This document shows, piece after piece, positions 34,975 through 45,759 of a DNA stretch of 64,000 nucleotides. A program made the position numbers and the translations under genes. The notes below the pieces were generated by a model. That model did no database searches and was not told the origin of the DNA. It was given only the letters and a program-made list of their open reading frames with translations. Position 1 is the first letter of the stretch; each line of letters starts with the position of its first letter. The stretch is from Rebecca billardiae RCC1528 (lineage: Eukaryota > Protista > Haptophyta): NCBI GenBank assembly GCA_965240325.2, contig OZ251233.1:1736001-1800000 (forward strand). Direction: 5' to 3'.

Positions 34975-37395
34975 CTAAGCCGCGCCTGCACAGTGCCAGC
35001 TCGATTCGATCCACCAGTAGTTCTCCATGCCGAACAATCGGAGCGCGCCGGTCTCGTCGAGCAGATCTCTGGCGAGCTTCTTCACCAGCCCGCGCGTCGC
35101 GGCGGACTCCATTTGCCTGTTGAGCACTGCCCCCACGAGGCTCTGCGCGTGCGAGAAGGTGCGCTTCAGGTCGACGTGCTTCGGGGCCGTCGGGGCCGGG
35201 GTCGGGCGGCCGGCGCTGCCACCGCCTGGGACATGGGTGACGAGCAGCTGCCTGCCGAGCTCCTGCAGCAGGCCGTTGGTGAGATTGTGCTGCTCGCCAA
35301 ACACGCCCATCACCGGTAAACGACCATTTCTGGTCACGTGGACGAACGTTGCGTACGGCCCGCCGCGCTGGATCAGCTCGACCTCCGGCTTGCAGAGGTG
35401 CTCGGGGGGGAAGGCCTCGATGGCGCACGCGGACGGGTCCGCCAGCAGCCCGTCGCCCAGCGCGGCCTGGTCGTGCAGCCGCTCCTGGGGCTGCGCGCGT
35501 GCGGCGGCGATGAGCGACGCCTCCCACATGGCCAGGCACGGCTCCGAGACCCCGCGCCTCAGCATGAAGATGCCACCATGCCATGGTAAGCCCGATCTGC
35601 CGCCGATCTCTGGGAACATGAGCATCTGCGTCCGCAGATGCCCCCCCGCGCGCAGCCTCGGCGCGTGCTCGCGCAGGAAAGGCGCGAGCGGCCTGGCGAC
35701 GAGCACGTCGGCGTCGACGTACAGCACGACCTCCACGCTGGCGGGCAGCAGCTGCAGCAGTCGCATCTTGTGCCGCTTGAAGTCGACGTCGGCGTTGATC
35801 GGCCCGGGGAGCGGCGGCAGCGTGGGCACGTGCACGGCGCCCGGCGGCACACACTCGGCGCGCTCGGAGACGACGAAGACGGGTCCATCGAACTCGCCGC
35901 GGACGCGCGCGTTCGCGACGGAGTGCGCGAAGATCGCCTCGCTCGCGACCACGCCCATCGCGATGTACGCGAGGGCGGTGGTGCCGCTCGCGCGCGCGGG
36001 GCTCTCGCGCGCCGCCGCCGCCGCGAGCATGGGCGGCGGTGCGCTCGCCGAGAGCTCACAGCGCGCGCGTGCGCACACGTCGCGCCATGCGCACTGCGAG
36101 CCCTCGTCGCGCCCTGGCTTCGTGTGGCAGACAAACGTGGGCGCGCGCGGGTCGAGGATGTCCGCACGGAGCGCGGGCAGCGGCGGCGTGCCCGACGCGA
36201 CGCGCACCGACGTGGCGGGCAGCAGCAGGACTCGGCGCAGCTCGAGTGGCTCGAGGAGAGTGCCCGTCCGGCCGAAGCCGCGGCCGCCCTTCCATTGCGA
36301 GGAGGCGTTGACGACGGCGTCCAGGTGCGCCTGCAGGAAGGGCATGGCGGCCCGCCTGGCTTCGTCGTAGCTCGAGAACATCGCCGCCGGGAAGTCGAAG
36401 CGCTTGCCCTCCGCCTCCGCGTCCGAGCGCAGGCACACGAACAGCAGCCGCCAGAGAGGCAGCTGGTCCATGTGCCCGCACCGCAGCATCCACCACGTCC
36501 CCGCGAAGCCGCGGCCCCACGCCGTGTTGCGCACGAGCACCACGCCGCCGTTCAGCACGATGTTCTGCTGGACGCTGCCCATTAGGCCGCTCGGCCTCGG
36601 CCGGTTCTGGGTGCCGACGAGATGCGCACCTGGTGCGAGCGCGAGATAGCGCTCGGGCGTTGCCGCGGCCGGGCCCTCGCTGCCGGCGGAGAGCCACGCG
36701 TCGGCGTCGAGGTACAGCGCGCCCGCCGCGTGCGGCAGCGCACGGAACACGCCGAGAAGGCCGAGCGCCTTGTAGATGTGCATGGTGTTCACGCCCTTGT
36801 CGTAGCTCGCGCCGCACCGTAGGAGGGAGTCGGCCCAGCCGCCCGCAAGCTCGTCGCGCGCATTGAGCACGCGCTCCGGCAGCGCGCCGAGCCAGACGAA
36901 GCAGGGGCGGGCGGTGCGCTGGCAGTACGTCGCCTTGTTAGCAAACTCCTTCCACGTCCGCACGATCAGGTAGCGCGTGGAGTCCACGAGGGTGAGCACA
37001 GGCACCGCGCTCGGTGGAGGGATGGCCGATCCGTTCACCTGGCACAGCAGGGCACGCTTGCGCAGGCCGACGTCGAAGCGGTACTGACGGGCGGCGCGCG
37101 TGGACTCGTTGATGCCACTCGAGTCGTCGACGGCGAAGCAGTCGGAGAGCGCCGCACTGGATACGCACAGGCGCGTGGGCATGCCGAGGATGTGGATTGT
37201 GCACGTTTCATCGACAAACTCGTCGATGACAGCGTCAGCCGCCCGCCCTGATGCCGCGAAGAGCTGGGAAAGATCATCAGGTATGACGGCACCCGAAGTC
37301 GCAGGACCGGCCGCACAGGCCGTGAGGCTGATCACGAGCGCGGCAACGACAGGTGAGGCCGCCGCAGACCTGACGCGACTCGATGGCGTGGGCAT
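34975..37395 (-). CDS. Putative glycosyltransferase with two GT-A-like (DxD) domains and N-terminal signal/anchor
   Basis: LYLDADAW...LNGGVVLVRN...MDQ in the first domain and LYVDADVL...HGGIF...HDQAAL in the second. Hydrophobic N-terminal segment. Confidence 0.72.
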   Translation of the reverse strand: MPTPSSRVRSAAASPVVAALVISLTACAAGPATSGAVIPDDLSQLFAASGRAADAVIDEFVDETCTIHILGMPTRLCVSSAALSDCFAVDDSSGINESTRAARQYRFDVGLRKRALLCQVNGSAIPPPSAVPVLTLVDSTRYLIVRTWKEFANKATYCQRTARPCFVWLGALPERVLNARDELAGGWADSLLRCGASYDKGVNTMHIYKALGLLGVFRALPHAAGALYLDADAWLSAGSEGPAAATPERYLALAPGAHLVGTQNRPRPSGLMGSVQQNIVLNGGVVLVRNTAWGRGFAGTWWMLRCGHMDQLPLWRLLFVCLRSDAEAEGKRFDFPAAMFSSYDEARRAAMPFLQAHLDAVVNASSQWKGGRGFGRTGTLLEPLELRRVLLLPATSVRVASGTPPLPALRADILDPRAPTFVCHTKPGRDEGSQCAWRDVCARARCELSASAPPPMLAAAAARESPARASGTTALAYIAMGVVASEAIFAHSVANARVRGEFDGPVFVVSERAECVPPGAVHVPTLPPLPGPINADVDFKRHKMRLLQLLPASVEVVLYVDADVLVARPLAPFLREHAPRLRAGGHLRTQMLMFPEIGGRSGLPWHGGIFMLRRGVSEPCLAMWEASLIAAARAQPQERLHDQAALGDGLLADPSACAIEAFPPEHLCKPEVELIQRGGPYATFVHVTRNGRLPVMGVFGEQHNLTNGLLQELGRQLLVTHVPGGGSAGRPTPAPTAPKHVDLKRTFSHAQSLVGAVLNRQMESAATRGLVKKLARDLLDETGALRLFGMENYWWIESSWHCAGAA

Positions 37396-37522
37396 CCGGG
37401 GGTTGCGACGAAGGCGAGGTTCATGCATGAACTTAGGACGGGCACCGCAAGAGACGCATGCACAGTCGCACCAAGCGGAAGGGGGTGTCGCACACAGCTC
37501 AGGCAGGCGCGAGATCACAGTA

Positions 37523-38797
37523 ATGGCGGCGGAGCCAGGATGGTGGCACGCCGAGCCTGTGGACACCGGACGCTTCCCGCCCGCGTTCCGGCGCTTCCTG
37601 GCCGAGAATGGCATCTCGATTGACAACTACGCGCTCGACTCGGAGACCATCCCGAGGTATCTTCGGGCCAACCCGCGCTCGCCCCCGAGCGAGGCCGGCC
37701 TGAGCGCGCTGCGCGCTCAGCTCGGAGATGCGCTCGCGCCTGTCGAGTGGCTGCCGGGCTTCTATAGCCTGCCCGCGAGCACCAAGATCGCGGGCACGCG
37801 CGCGTACGCCGAGGGGCACGTGTACGGCATCGACGCGGCGTCGGGCGCCGCCGTCGCCGCGCTGGACCTGCGGCCAGGCCACGCCGTGCTCGACATGTGC
37901 TGCGCGCCAGGTGCTAAGCTCTGCATGGCCGCCGAGGCCGTCGGGCCGAGCGGCTCGGTGACCGGCGTCGACGTGCACCCCGAGCGGCTCGCAGCGACGC
38001 GGACGATGGTGCGCAAGTACGCGCTGGCCAACGTCCGCCTCTTCCTCGGCGACGCCCGCCAGTTTGCTGCGCCGGCCCCGCCTGCGGCCTCGCTGGAGGA
38101 GTCGCCGCCGTCAGTGCCGGCGCGACCGCGGCCGGGCAAGCGCAGGCGGCAGGCCTCCGCCCGCGGAGCACACGAGGCTCCGCCTCCGCCACAGCTCTTC
38201 TACCCGCTGCATGTCGACGAGCCTCCGCCGCCCGTGCCCGAGGCCGACGCGCACGACGACCCCGAGCCGTTCGAGTCCGGGCGCCGCCTGTACGAGCGAG
38301 TCCTGGTGGACGCGGAGTGCACGCACGACGGCTCGGTGCGCCACCTGAGCAAGTACGCCGCGTGGGGCTGGGAGACGTTCGAGCAGCGCTTCCTTGACCC
38401 GACGCGCCTGCGTGATCTGGAGGGCCTCCAGCGCGCGCTGCTGCGCCGCGGCTACGCCGCCCTCGCGCCCGGCGGCGTGCTCGTGTACAGCACATGCAGT
38501 TTCGCACGCCGCCAGAACGAGGAGGTCGTGGCGTGGCTTCTCGAGACAGAGCCGCACGCCGAGTGCGTGCCGATCGACACGCTCGACGCGCGCGCGCCGT
38601 GCAAGCCAGGGGGGCTCGCTCACACGCTGCGCTTTGAGCCGTGCGCGTCGGCGACGAGCGCCCTCTTCATCTCGCGCATCACCAAGCGCGCAATCAAGAC
38701 ATCAGCAACGACTACTCATCATCTATGTCCCCTAGCGTCCGCCGCTCCACCCGGCCGGAGTCTGGAACCGCAGGCGGAACCAACCGCTCAGGTGTAG
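37523..38797 (+). CDS. NOL1/NOP2/Sun (NSUN) RNA m5C methyltransferase
   Basis: VLDMCCAPGAK, RVLVDAECTHDG and LVYSTCS motifs. Confidence 0.92.
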   Translation: MAAEPGWWHAEPVDTGRFPPAFRRFLAENGISIDNYALDSETIPRYLRANPRSPPSEAGLSALRAQLGDALAPVEWLPGFYSLPASTKIAGTRAYAEGHVYGIDAASGAAVAALDLRPGHAVLDMCCAPGAKLCMAAEAVGPSGSVTGVDVHPERLAATRTMVRKYALANVRLFLGDARQFAAPAPPAASLEESPPSVPARPRPGKRRRQASARGAHEAPPPPQLFYPLHVDEPPPPVPEADAHDDPEPFESGRRLYERVLVDAECTHDGSVRHLSKYAAWGWETFEQRFLDPTRLRDLEGLQRALLRRGYAALAPGGVLVYSTCSFARRQNEEVVAWLLETEPHAECVPIDTLDARAPCKPGGLAHTLRFEPCASATSALFISRITKRAIKTSATTTHHLCPLASAAPPGRSLEPQAEPTAQV

Positions 38798-39071
38798 CAC
38801 TGGCGGGCGCCAGCCTTGGGCTTGGCCAGACGCGGGCGGGTTGACTCGAGTAGTAGTTACCGGGCGCCGAGTGCCCTGCCGCCCCGCTGGTCCCAGCCCA
38901 CACCGCTAGACGGCTAGTACGGTTATTACTGTTAAAGTTCTCCGTACTGCGAACTATAATACTACAGCCGTCTTTGAATAACAATAGTAGCAGTAGGCGC
39001 TGAATAAGATATATTATATATATATATTATCAGCATGTTGTCCGTCTGACGCTATACCCCCATAGTACTAG

Positions 39072-39378
<307 letters not shown>

Positions 39379-39441
39379 TAGCCTTATTATAGGCTAGTTA
39401 GGACCGTGCAGTCTGAATTACATAATACAGTAGTTACTGTA

Positions 39442-39953
39442 CAGGCAATTGCGGGCAATAAGGAGCTGTCACGTTAAGAAACTGGGGCTTGCTATCTGCG
39501 GATCTGGCCTAGAAACTGAGGCTAGCGATTGGCTGGTTCGCTATACGCATAGTCACACTAAGAAACCGGGACTACGTCGTCCCGGCTGACGAGTGTCGAG
39601 TGGTCCGCCGAGGGGCGAGGCGCAGTCGGCCCGTCGGGGACGCGGCGCGCGGCCCGACTACGAGTACAGGCCAAGTCCCGACTTCTCCTGATGACTGACT
39701 CCTGGCCAGTGCACCGCAGCATCCATGCAACATCATGCCAGATTTGCTCCAAAAAGGCCCAAAATTTTCGTTGGCCTCGCCGGCCGGGCCTAAAGACTCA
39801 GCGGGGGGCTCTGCCCCCCTGCGCCCCCCGCGCCTGCGCGGCGGGCGGACCTAGCTAAGAAACTGAGACTCCGTAGGCGCTCGGGCTACCGAACGGCTAA
39901 GAAACCGAGGCTAGCCGCGAGATCTCTGACTTCTTATTGCCCGCGATTGCCTG
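39442..39953. mobile_element. MITE copy 1 (512 bp), Tc1/mariner-like
   Basis: ~24-bp TIRs CAGGCAAT(T/C)GCGGGCAATAAG, flanked by TA on both sides. Confidence 0.88.
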
Positions 39954-39985
39954 TAGTGTTCTGACTACACGGCTGAATACTAATA

Positions 39986-40509
39986 CAGGCAATCGCGGGC
40001 AATAAGGAGCTGTCACGTTAAGAAACTGGGGCTTGCTATCTGCGGATCTGGCCTAGAAACTGAGACTAGCGATTGGCTGGTTCGCTATACGCATAGGCAC
40101 ACTAAGAAACCGGGAATACGTCGTCCCGGCTGACGACTACGAGTCGGGTCCGCCGAGGGCCTGGCCGAGGGCGAGGCGCAGTCGGCCAGTCGGCGACGCG
40201 GCGCGCGGCCCGACTACGAGTACAGGCCAAGTCCCGACTTCTCCTGATGACTGACTCCTGGCCAGTGCACCGCAGCATCCATGCAACATCATGCCAGATT
40301 TGCTCCAAAAAGGCCCAAAAATTTCTTCGGCCTCGCCGGCCGGGCCTAAAGACTCAGCGGGTGGCTCTGCCCCCCTGCGCCCCCCGCGCCTGCGCGGCGG
40401 GCGGACCTAGCTAAGAAACTGAGACTCCGTAGGCGCACGGGCTACCGAACGGCTAAGAAACCGAGGCTAGCCGCGAGATCTCTGACTTCTTATTGCCCGC
40501 GATTGCCTG
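39986..40509. mobile_element. MITE copy 2 (524 bp), same family and orientation
   Basis: Same TIRs and TA flanks. Highly similar to copy 1, with a small insertion. Confidence 0.88.
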
Positions 40510-41165
40510 TAGCCATAGCGGTTTGTCAGCCCGGTGCTGAGCTTCACTAATCTGTCTGTCTGATCGCCCGCTGCCATCGGAACCGGCCAGACTCGGCAGC
40601 TTGCTCCGAGTCCGACTGCCGGAGTCCGTGCCCGTGGACGGCGTGCCGAGTCACGCGGTGACCGGACCGGGACCGGACCTCGGGTCACTCTGACAATCGG
40701 TGCGGCCCGCGGCGCCCGCGGCCAGGTGCCAGGATGAATCGTCATGTACGCATACGATGTCGCGAGCAAGTACGTCGTTACGACATCATTGTCAGCTGTG
40801 CGCTGCGCAATACAGGAATCATCAGTGATCCCGCCTGGCGTCAAGGCTCGGAAGCGAATGCGAGCGCGCCGCCGCCGCTCATCTTCATCGACCGACTCGG
40901 CGTCGTCCAGTGACGAGCAAGGCAGCCGGAGCTCAGTGACGCTTTGGACGATTACGGCCCCCGTCGAGTTTGAGCTCATCGCATACGAGTCGTCCCGTCG
41001 TGCTGGCCACAGGCCTCACTGCTCCCGTCTCTGCTCGTTTCACGCTACGCAATGCTGCCTGCTGCTGCTCGGCATGCCGCGCGCGCTAGACCCCGAGGCG
41101 CGGACACGAGCACCCGACGCCAGGTCGATGGTGGAAGCCCGGAGTTGAGGCTTGCTCGATGCGAC

Positions 41166-41618
41166 TTACGGGCAGAAGTGGCCGAAGTGCGCGCAGAGTC
41201 CTGGAGCGATCTCCTGGCGGAAGTAGAGCTCGACCATCTGCAGGCGCATGGCGCGTCACGCACGGTGTGGGGGAGGAGCGCAACACATGAGCGCGGAAGT
41301 TTCAGGCCTGTGGCCGGGGGGTCGCGACGCATAGACATGCGACATCGTGCAAGCCGCAGCTGGCAGTCGCATCAATCCGTCGATCGAGCCCAGCGGCTGC
41401 GTTCCCTGGTGCAGGGGCGCGAGTGCTGGTGCAGACGCGCAGCTCACCGGCGGGAAGCAGAACCACTTGCCGCAGTCCTCAACGGCCTGCGGGTTCAGCA
41501 TTGGGCTTGGGACACCCTTCTGGAACGGCCTTGGAATCTCCGTGTTCAGCACCGGCATGGCCGATGCGCACATCGCCATCAGAAGCGCGAGCGCCAGAGC
41601 GAGGATGGTCTGCTTCAT
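41166..41618 (-). CDS. Small secreted Cys-containing peptide precursor, 80 aa (exons 41618-41448 and 41237-41166)
   Basis: Signal peptide MKQTILALALALLMAMCASA. A GTGAGC donor and TGCAG acceptor are both phase 0. Exon 2 encodes MVELYFRQEIAPGLCAHFGHFCP*. Confidence 0.7.
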
Positions 41619-43484
41619 GGTGACTGTCCTGCGGCGAGCGCCGGGCACACAGGGCGATGGGGCACGAGCGCTCGGCATGAGCGAGCGTCGAATGCACACG
41701 GCCCGAATGCAGGCACGCAGACGTCGGGCAGAGATGGACGGCCCCTAATCGTCGAGCCAATCACGCTTGCACCCATCCGCTCCGCGCCTCCGCCGCGGTG
41801 GGGCGCGTGGCCCGCGGTGGCCTGCGGGGGGCGCCGCACCTTGCCCCAACGAGGTGCGTTGCCCCTCTGAACCACAGCTGCTGTTTGGGGGGGCGGGCTC
41901 TGCGGGCGCGGCGCCGGCCCGCTGCGGCGCGTGCCCGTCTCTTATTGGGTGACCATGTTTTCATACCGGGGCAGGCGCGGGTCGTGCGAGGTCGTAACCG
42001 AGTGGGCTGGCTTGGGCTGTATTGGAGAGCTCTCCATAATTACCCACCCGATGTCAGTTGGCGCTGGACCACCTTTGGGTACGGCCCTTGCTTTGGGGTT
42101 TCGGCGCCGCATCACGAGTAGCAATCCGGGCGGTGCAGGCCGGACCAAGCTACTGCCACGTCCGGTACGGCGAGCGGTTTTTTTAAATTCCCCTTTATAA
42201 CGGGCTCCGGGTGATCAGACTGGCGGCCGAAGCCTCCAGCCCTACCCTGGCCGGTACCATTGCAATTCCTACTTAACATTTTATGATGAGCACTATTATA
42301 AACTGTACAATACCGCCCCCATATTAAGGTGTGATGGAGGGTAGCTGGGAGCTCAGATCAGATCAGCTGCGAGCGCAGCGAGCAGCATTAAGGTGGCTGG
42401 CGACGAACGACAATGATGAATGATGACGATCGAAATGTTTCGCGCGCTGTGGCGAGCGACATTGACACGACTTATTGAGCGTAGGAACGACGTTCTGACG
42501 TCGTCCAGGATGGCCGGCGGGCTTCCGCCGTTGCTCGGCTCGCCTCTCGCAGAAGCAGGGCTTGGCAGACCACCTGCGCAGGCACGCCTGCACGCCACCG
42601 AGTGAGCTAGTGCATGCGCCCAGCCATAACATCGTATTTGTTAGTAGTATTGCACTCAGCACTATTGGCAGCACCCTCGATCCATCGGCGAAGGCCGCGC
42701 TGCGAAATGCGCACTCGAACGATTTAAATGGAATATCCGCGTGCTGCGCCGGCGTGCACAGCGCCGAGCGAGACTGCTATAAACAGATGCGCGGCGACAT
42801 CAGCAGCGTCAGCGTCATCATCGGCGCGGCCTACTTCGGCCTGTCGGCCAGCGGCGCGCGGTTGGGTAGCAGTCGCGATAATCCGGAGCGCTCACACACC
42901 GCGGCAGCTAAGCCGTACTGCTCGCAGTAGCTATACCGTTGGCCGGTACTGCTAGACGATCATCGCGATCGCATCGCGTCCACAATCCGATCCTTGTATG
43001 CAACGCTTTAGTCGGCCGTGCTGGCGGTCACTTGTCCGATGCACGCCGATATTAGCTAAGTGATGATGATGACGACATCGTTCGGTCGTATCAGAATAAT
43101 ATATATGCTGCTATCAGGCGCAGCGTACTGGCGGCCCCGAGACCGCGTACCGTTTATTTGTTTTAACGTGCGTAAGGCTCATCAGGGTGGCAGGTTGCCG
43201 ACAGTAGCAGTGCGCATCAGCATCAATCGCGTCATCAGCATGATATCATATCACAACTCTGTCAACTGCCTGCGCGGCGCCTCGTCACGGGCCAGTCCGG
43301 TCCTGACCCTGGCTACCGGCTCACGGCCGGATCGGAACGTGATGACGTCATGAGTGCTGACATGATCGACGCATGAGTGACATGGCGATGCCAAACGATC
43401 AAGTCGTATATATCGATCGTCGCGGCTTGATTGCAACGCGCCACTCGTGATTATGACGCCAAATCCCCGTCCCGAATGAGCAGC

Positions 43485-44663
43485 TCAGACAGAGCAGTCA
43501 GACTCAGGAGGCGGCCACCTGGACCGTATACACCGCGCCAGCGCCTGCTCGAGGCAGCGCACATCCTCCTCACCGATGAACTCGCAGAACAACGGCGACG
43601 CTGGGACAGCTGCAACCTGCGGGGTCCCATGGGTGTCGGCGTGCCGAGAATCGACTCTTGCCGGTGGTGGCATACAAGTACTGTCCGCCGCCGTGCTGCC
43701 AAGATGGGCGCCTCCATCCGCCTGCGCGTCAAGGAGCACGCGGCCACCCCAGCGGCTTGGTCCCCATCTGCGCGCCTGCACGACGTCATCTCGAAGCCAC
43801 GTCGCGTGATGGCCCAGATAGCGCGCCCACGTGGCGCTCGCGGTGTGTGTGGCGCCACTGCCCAACAGGGCGTCCGCTGCGGTCAGTGTGACGCGGCCCT
43901 CGCCAGCACGCGCGGTCCGGCGGAAGGCCATGGAGCAGTAGAGGTTGCGGCCGAATTGCTCGACACATTCGTGCTCGCCCGAGAAGCCAGCGGCGTGTAG
44001 GAAGACGCGTAGCGCTCGTAGCGCCGTCGGCCGTGGGTTTGCGCCTGGCTGTAGCACGAGATGGCGCACGCCCAATCGCTCGAGAGCGTGTCCACATGCA
44101 TGCGCGGCGTCCTGCTGGGCATCGGAGCTGGGCACAGCGACGTTGCTGCCGCCAGGCAGAAGGCTGTCGTCATGGGCCAGGATTTGCAACGTGCTGCGCA
44201 CACCGACGCCGCTGATGGCCACGATGGATGCCTCGCCAGGGCAGAGGGCCGCGAACCCGTCGCCCACGCGCAGCTCAAGCCGTTGCTCGCCAAGCTCAAA
44301 CGCACGGCCAAGGCTGCCGGCCTTGGCGGAAGAGAGCTTCAATGCGTGCTGCGCATTGGCCCCTACTCCTGCTGCTGCCTCCTGAGCGTTGGCCACTGCT
44401 CCTGCCAGTGCGCGTGGAGCCAAATCGACGCCGAGAATTCTTGTGCGCTGCCGCCCGCGCCACAGCGCGATGGCCAGACCTCCGTGGTCGCATGCGATAT
44501 CCGCTGCGCAGAGCTGCTCATCCTCTTGCACGGCGCTGAGAACGAGGCTCTCGACGCGACGCAGCCGAGCCGGGAGCGGGCGGAGGAGCGCCCAGCCCGG
44601 CCGGCCGATCACGAGGAGCAGTGCTGCCGGGAGCACCGCCTGCGCACCTCGGCCGGGCGCCAT
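43485..44663 (-). CDS. TrmK-like tRNA (adenine22-N1) methyltransferase with N-terminal targeting peptide
   Basis: ADIACDHGGLAI, LRVGDGF, IVAISGVG and LVLQP motifs. Confidence 0.75.
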   Translation of the reverse strand: MAPGRGAQAVLPAALLLVIGRPGWALLRPLPARLRRVESLVLSAVQEDEQLCAADIACDHGGLAIALWRGRQRTRILGVDLAPRALAGAVANAQEAAAGVGANAQHALKLSSAKAGSLGRAFELGEQRLELRVGDGFAALCPGEASIVAISGVGVRSTLQILAHDDSLLPGGSNVAVPSSDAQQDAAHACGHALERLGVRHLVLQPGANPRPTALRALRVFLHAAGFSGEHECVEQFGRNLYCSMAFRRTARAGEGRVTLTAADALLGSGATHTASATWARYLGHHATWLRDDVVQARRWGPSRWGGRVLLDAQADGGAHLGSTAADSTCMPPPARVDSRHADTHGTPQVAAVPASPLFCEFIGEEDVRCLEQALARCIRSRWPPPESDCSV

Positions 44664-44732
44664 CGCTGCGCCAGTGCGCCACGGCTCTCGTCCGAGTCGA
44701 CCGGACGGTCGGAGCGTCCACGCGATTCGCCC

Positions 44733-45623
44733 ATGGGGCCCGCTGATGACGACGCTCTCGACGAGGCCGCGCCTTGCTCGCTGCTGCTGCCAGCGGCGGC
44801 GCTCCGGCCACGCGCGTCTTGGCTGCGCCCGACCGACCGGCGCAACGTGGTCCTCCTCCACGGCTGGCTCCAGGACCACGCGTGCTGGCTGCCGACCGCG
44901 CACGCGCTGCGCGCGCGTTACGGCCACGACGTGCTGCTGCTCGACTGGCCTGGCCACGGGTGCTCGGCGAGACCAGAGGACGCGGAGGACATGCACGTGG
45001 ACGCGCTTGTTTCCGAGCTACGCCGCATCCTCGTGCGCGTCGGCTGGGCCGGCGGCGCAGCCGCGCGGCGGCCGCTCACGATCGGCGGCTGCTCGCTCGG
45101 AGGCGCCGTGTCAATGAAATACGTGACGGCACACCCAGGCGAGGTGGAGCGGCTGGTGCTCGTGGCGCCCGCGGGCTTCGACGAGCCCTGGCACAGAGTA
45201 AGCGTGCACGCCGGCCGGCTCACCGCCGCGGCCATCACATCCGCCACGCGGCGCGTGCGCGCGCTGCGGCACGTCCTGCCACACGGCCTGCGCGCGCACG
45301 CGCGGCTCGTGAGCGAGACACCGCGCTACGGCAACCTCGTCGACTGGTTCGCGAGCGACGTCGCGCGGCGCACGCCCACGCTGCTCGTCTGCGCGACGTT
45401 CGACGGGCTCCACCACGCGGACGCGTGGGCAGCCCCACGCGAAGGCGACCCGAGCTTCAGGCTGATCAGACTGCCGCTCACGCACCCGATGCTGTGCGCT
45501 GCCATCCCGTGGCTGCGGCTCGAAGAGGATGCATTGGCGTGGCACGGCGGCACGGAGCGCGGCGCTCTGCCTGCTTCGCCGAGGCCCGGTGGCGGCTCCA
45601 CCACCCCGCGGGCACGGCTGTGA
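44733..45623 (+). CDS. Alpha/beta hydrolase fold protein
   Basis: VVLLHGW, LDWPGHGCS, GCSLGG nucleophile elbow and LVLVAPAG motifs. Confidence 0.88.
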   Translation: MGPADDDALDEAAPCSLLLPAAALRPRASWLRPTDRRNVVLLHGWLQDHACWLPTAHALRARYGHDVLLLDWPGHGCSARPEDAEDMHVDALVSELRRILVRVGWAGGAAARRPLTIGGCSLGGAVSMKYVTAHPGEVERLVLVAPAGFDEPWHRVSVHAGRLTAAAITSATRRVRALRHVLPHGLRAHARLVSETPRYGNLVDWFASDVARRTPTLLVCATFDGLHHADAWAAPREGDPSFRLIRLPLTHPMLCAAIPWLRLEEDALAWHGGTERGALPASPRPGGGSTTPRARL

Positions 45624-45759
45624 CGACTGATTCTGATGACTTAGCCACCGGACTCAGTAACGAGACCGAGTATTGTAGGGCCCGGAAATCCAATCCAGAT
45701 CACCGGATTCGAAATCGGGCTTGCTTGCGGGCCAGCGGCTTCCAAGCCCCGCTAGCAAC

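Noticed and set aside
39442-40509. Repeated AGAAACYGRG motifs read as a CRISPR-like array
   Set aside because: The motifs are too short, degenerate and irregularly spaced, and they sit inside TIR elements of a eukaryote with no cas genes.
41945-42185. Possible Pol III ncRNA ending in a T7 run
   Set aside because: No SRP, U6, RNase P/MRP or telomerase-template motif was recognised. An Infernal/Rfam scan would be needed.
42562-42930. Short coding-like ORF; similar ones at 40467-40979 and 24762-25292
   Set aside because: No recognisable domain or convincing gene model.
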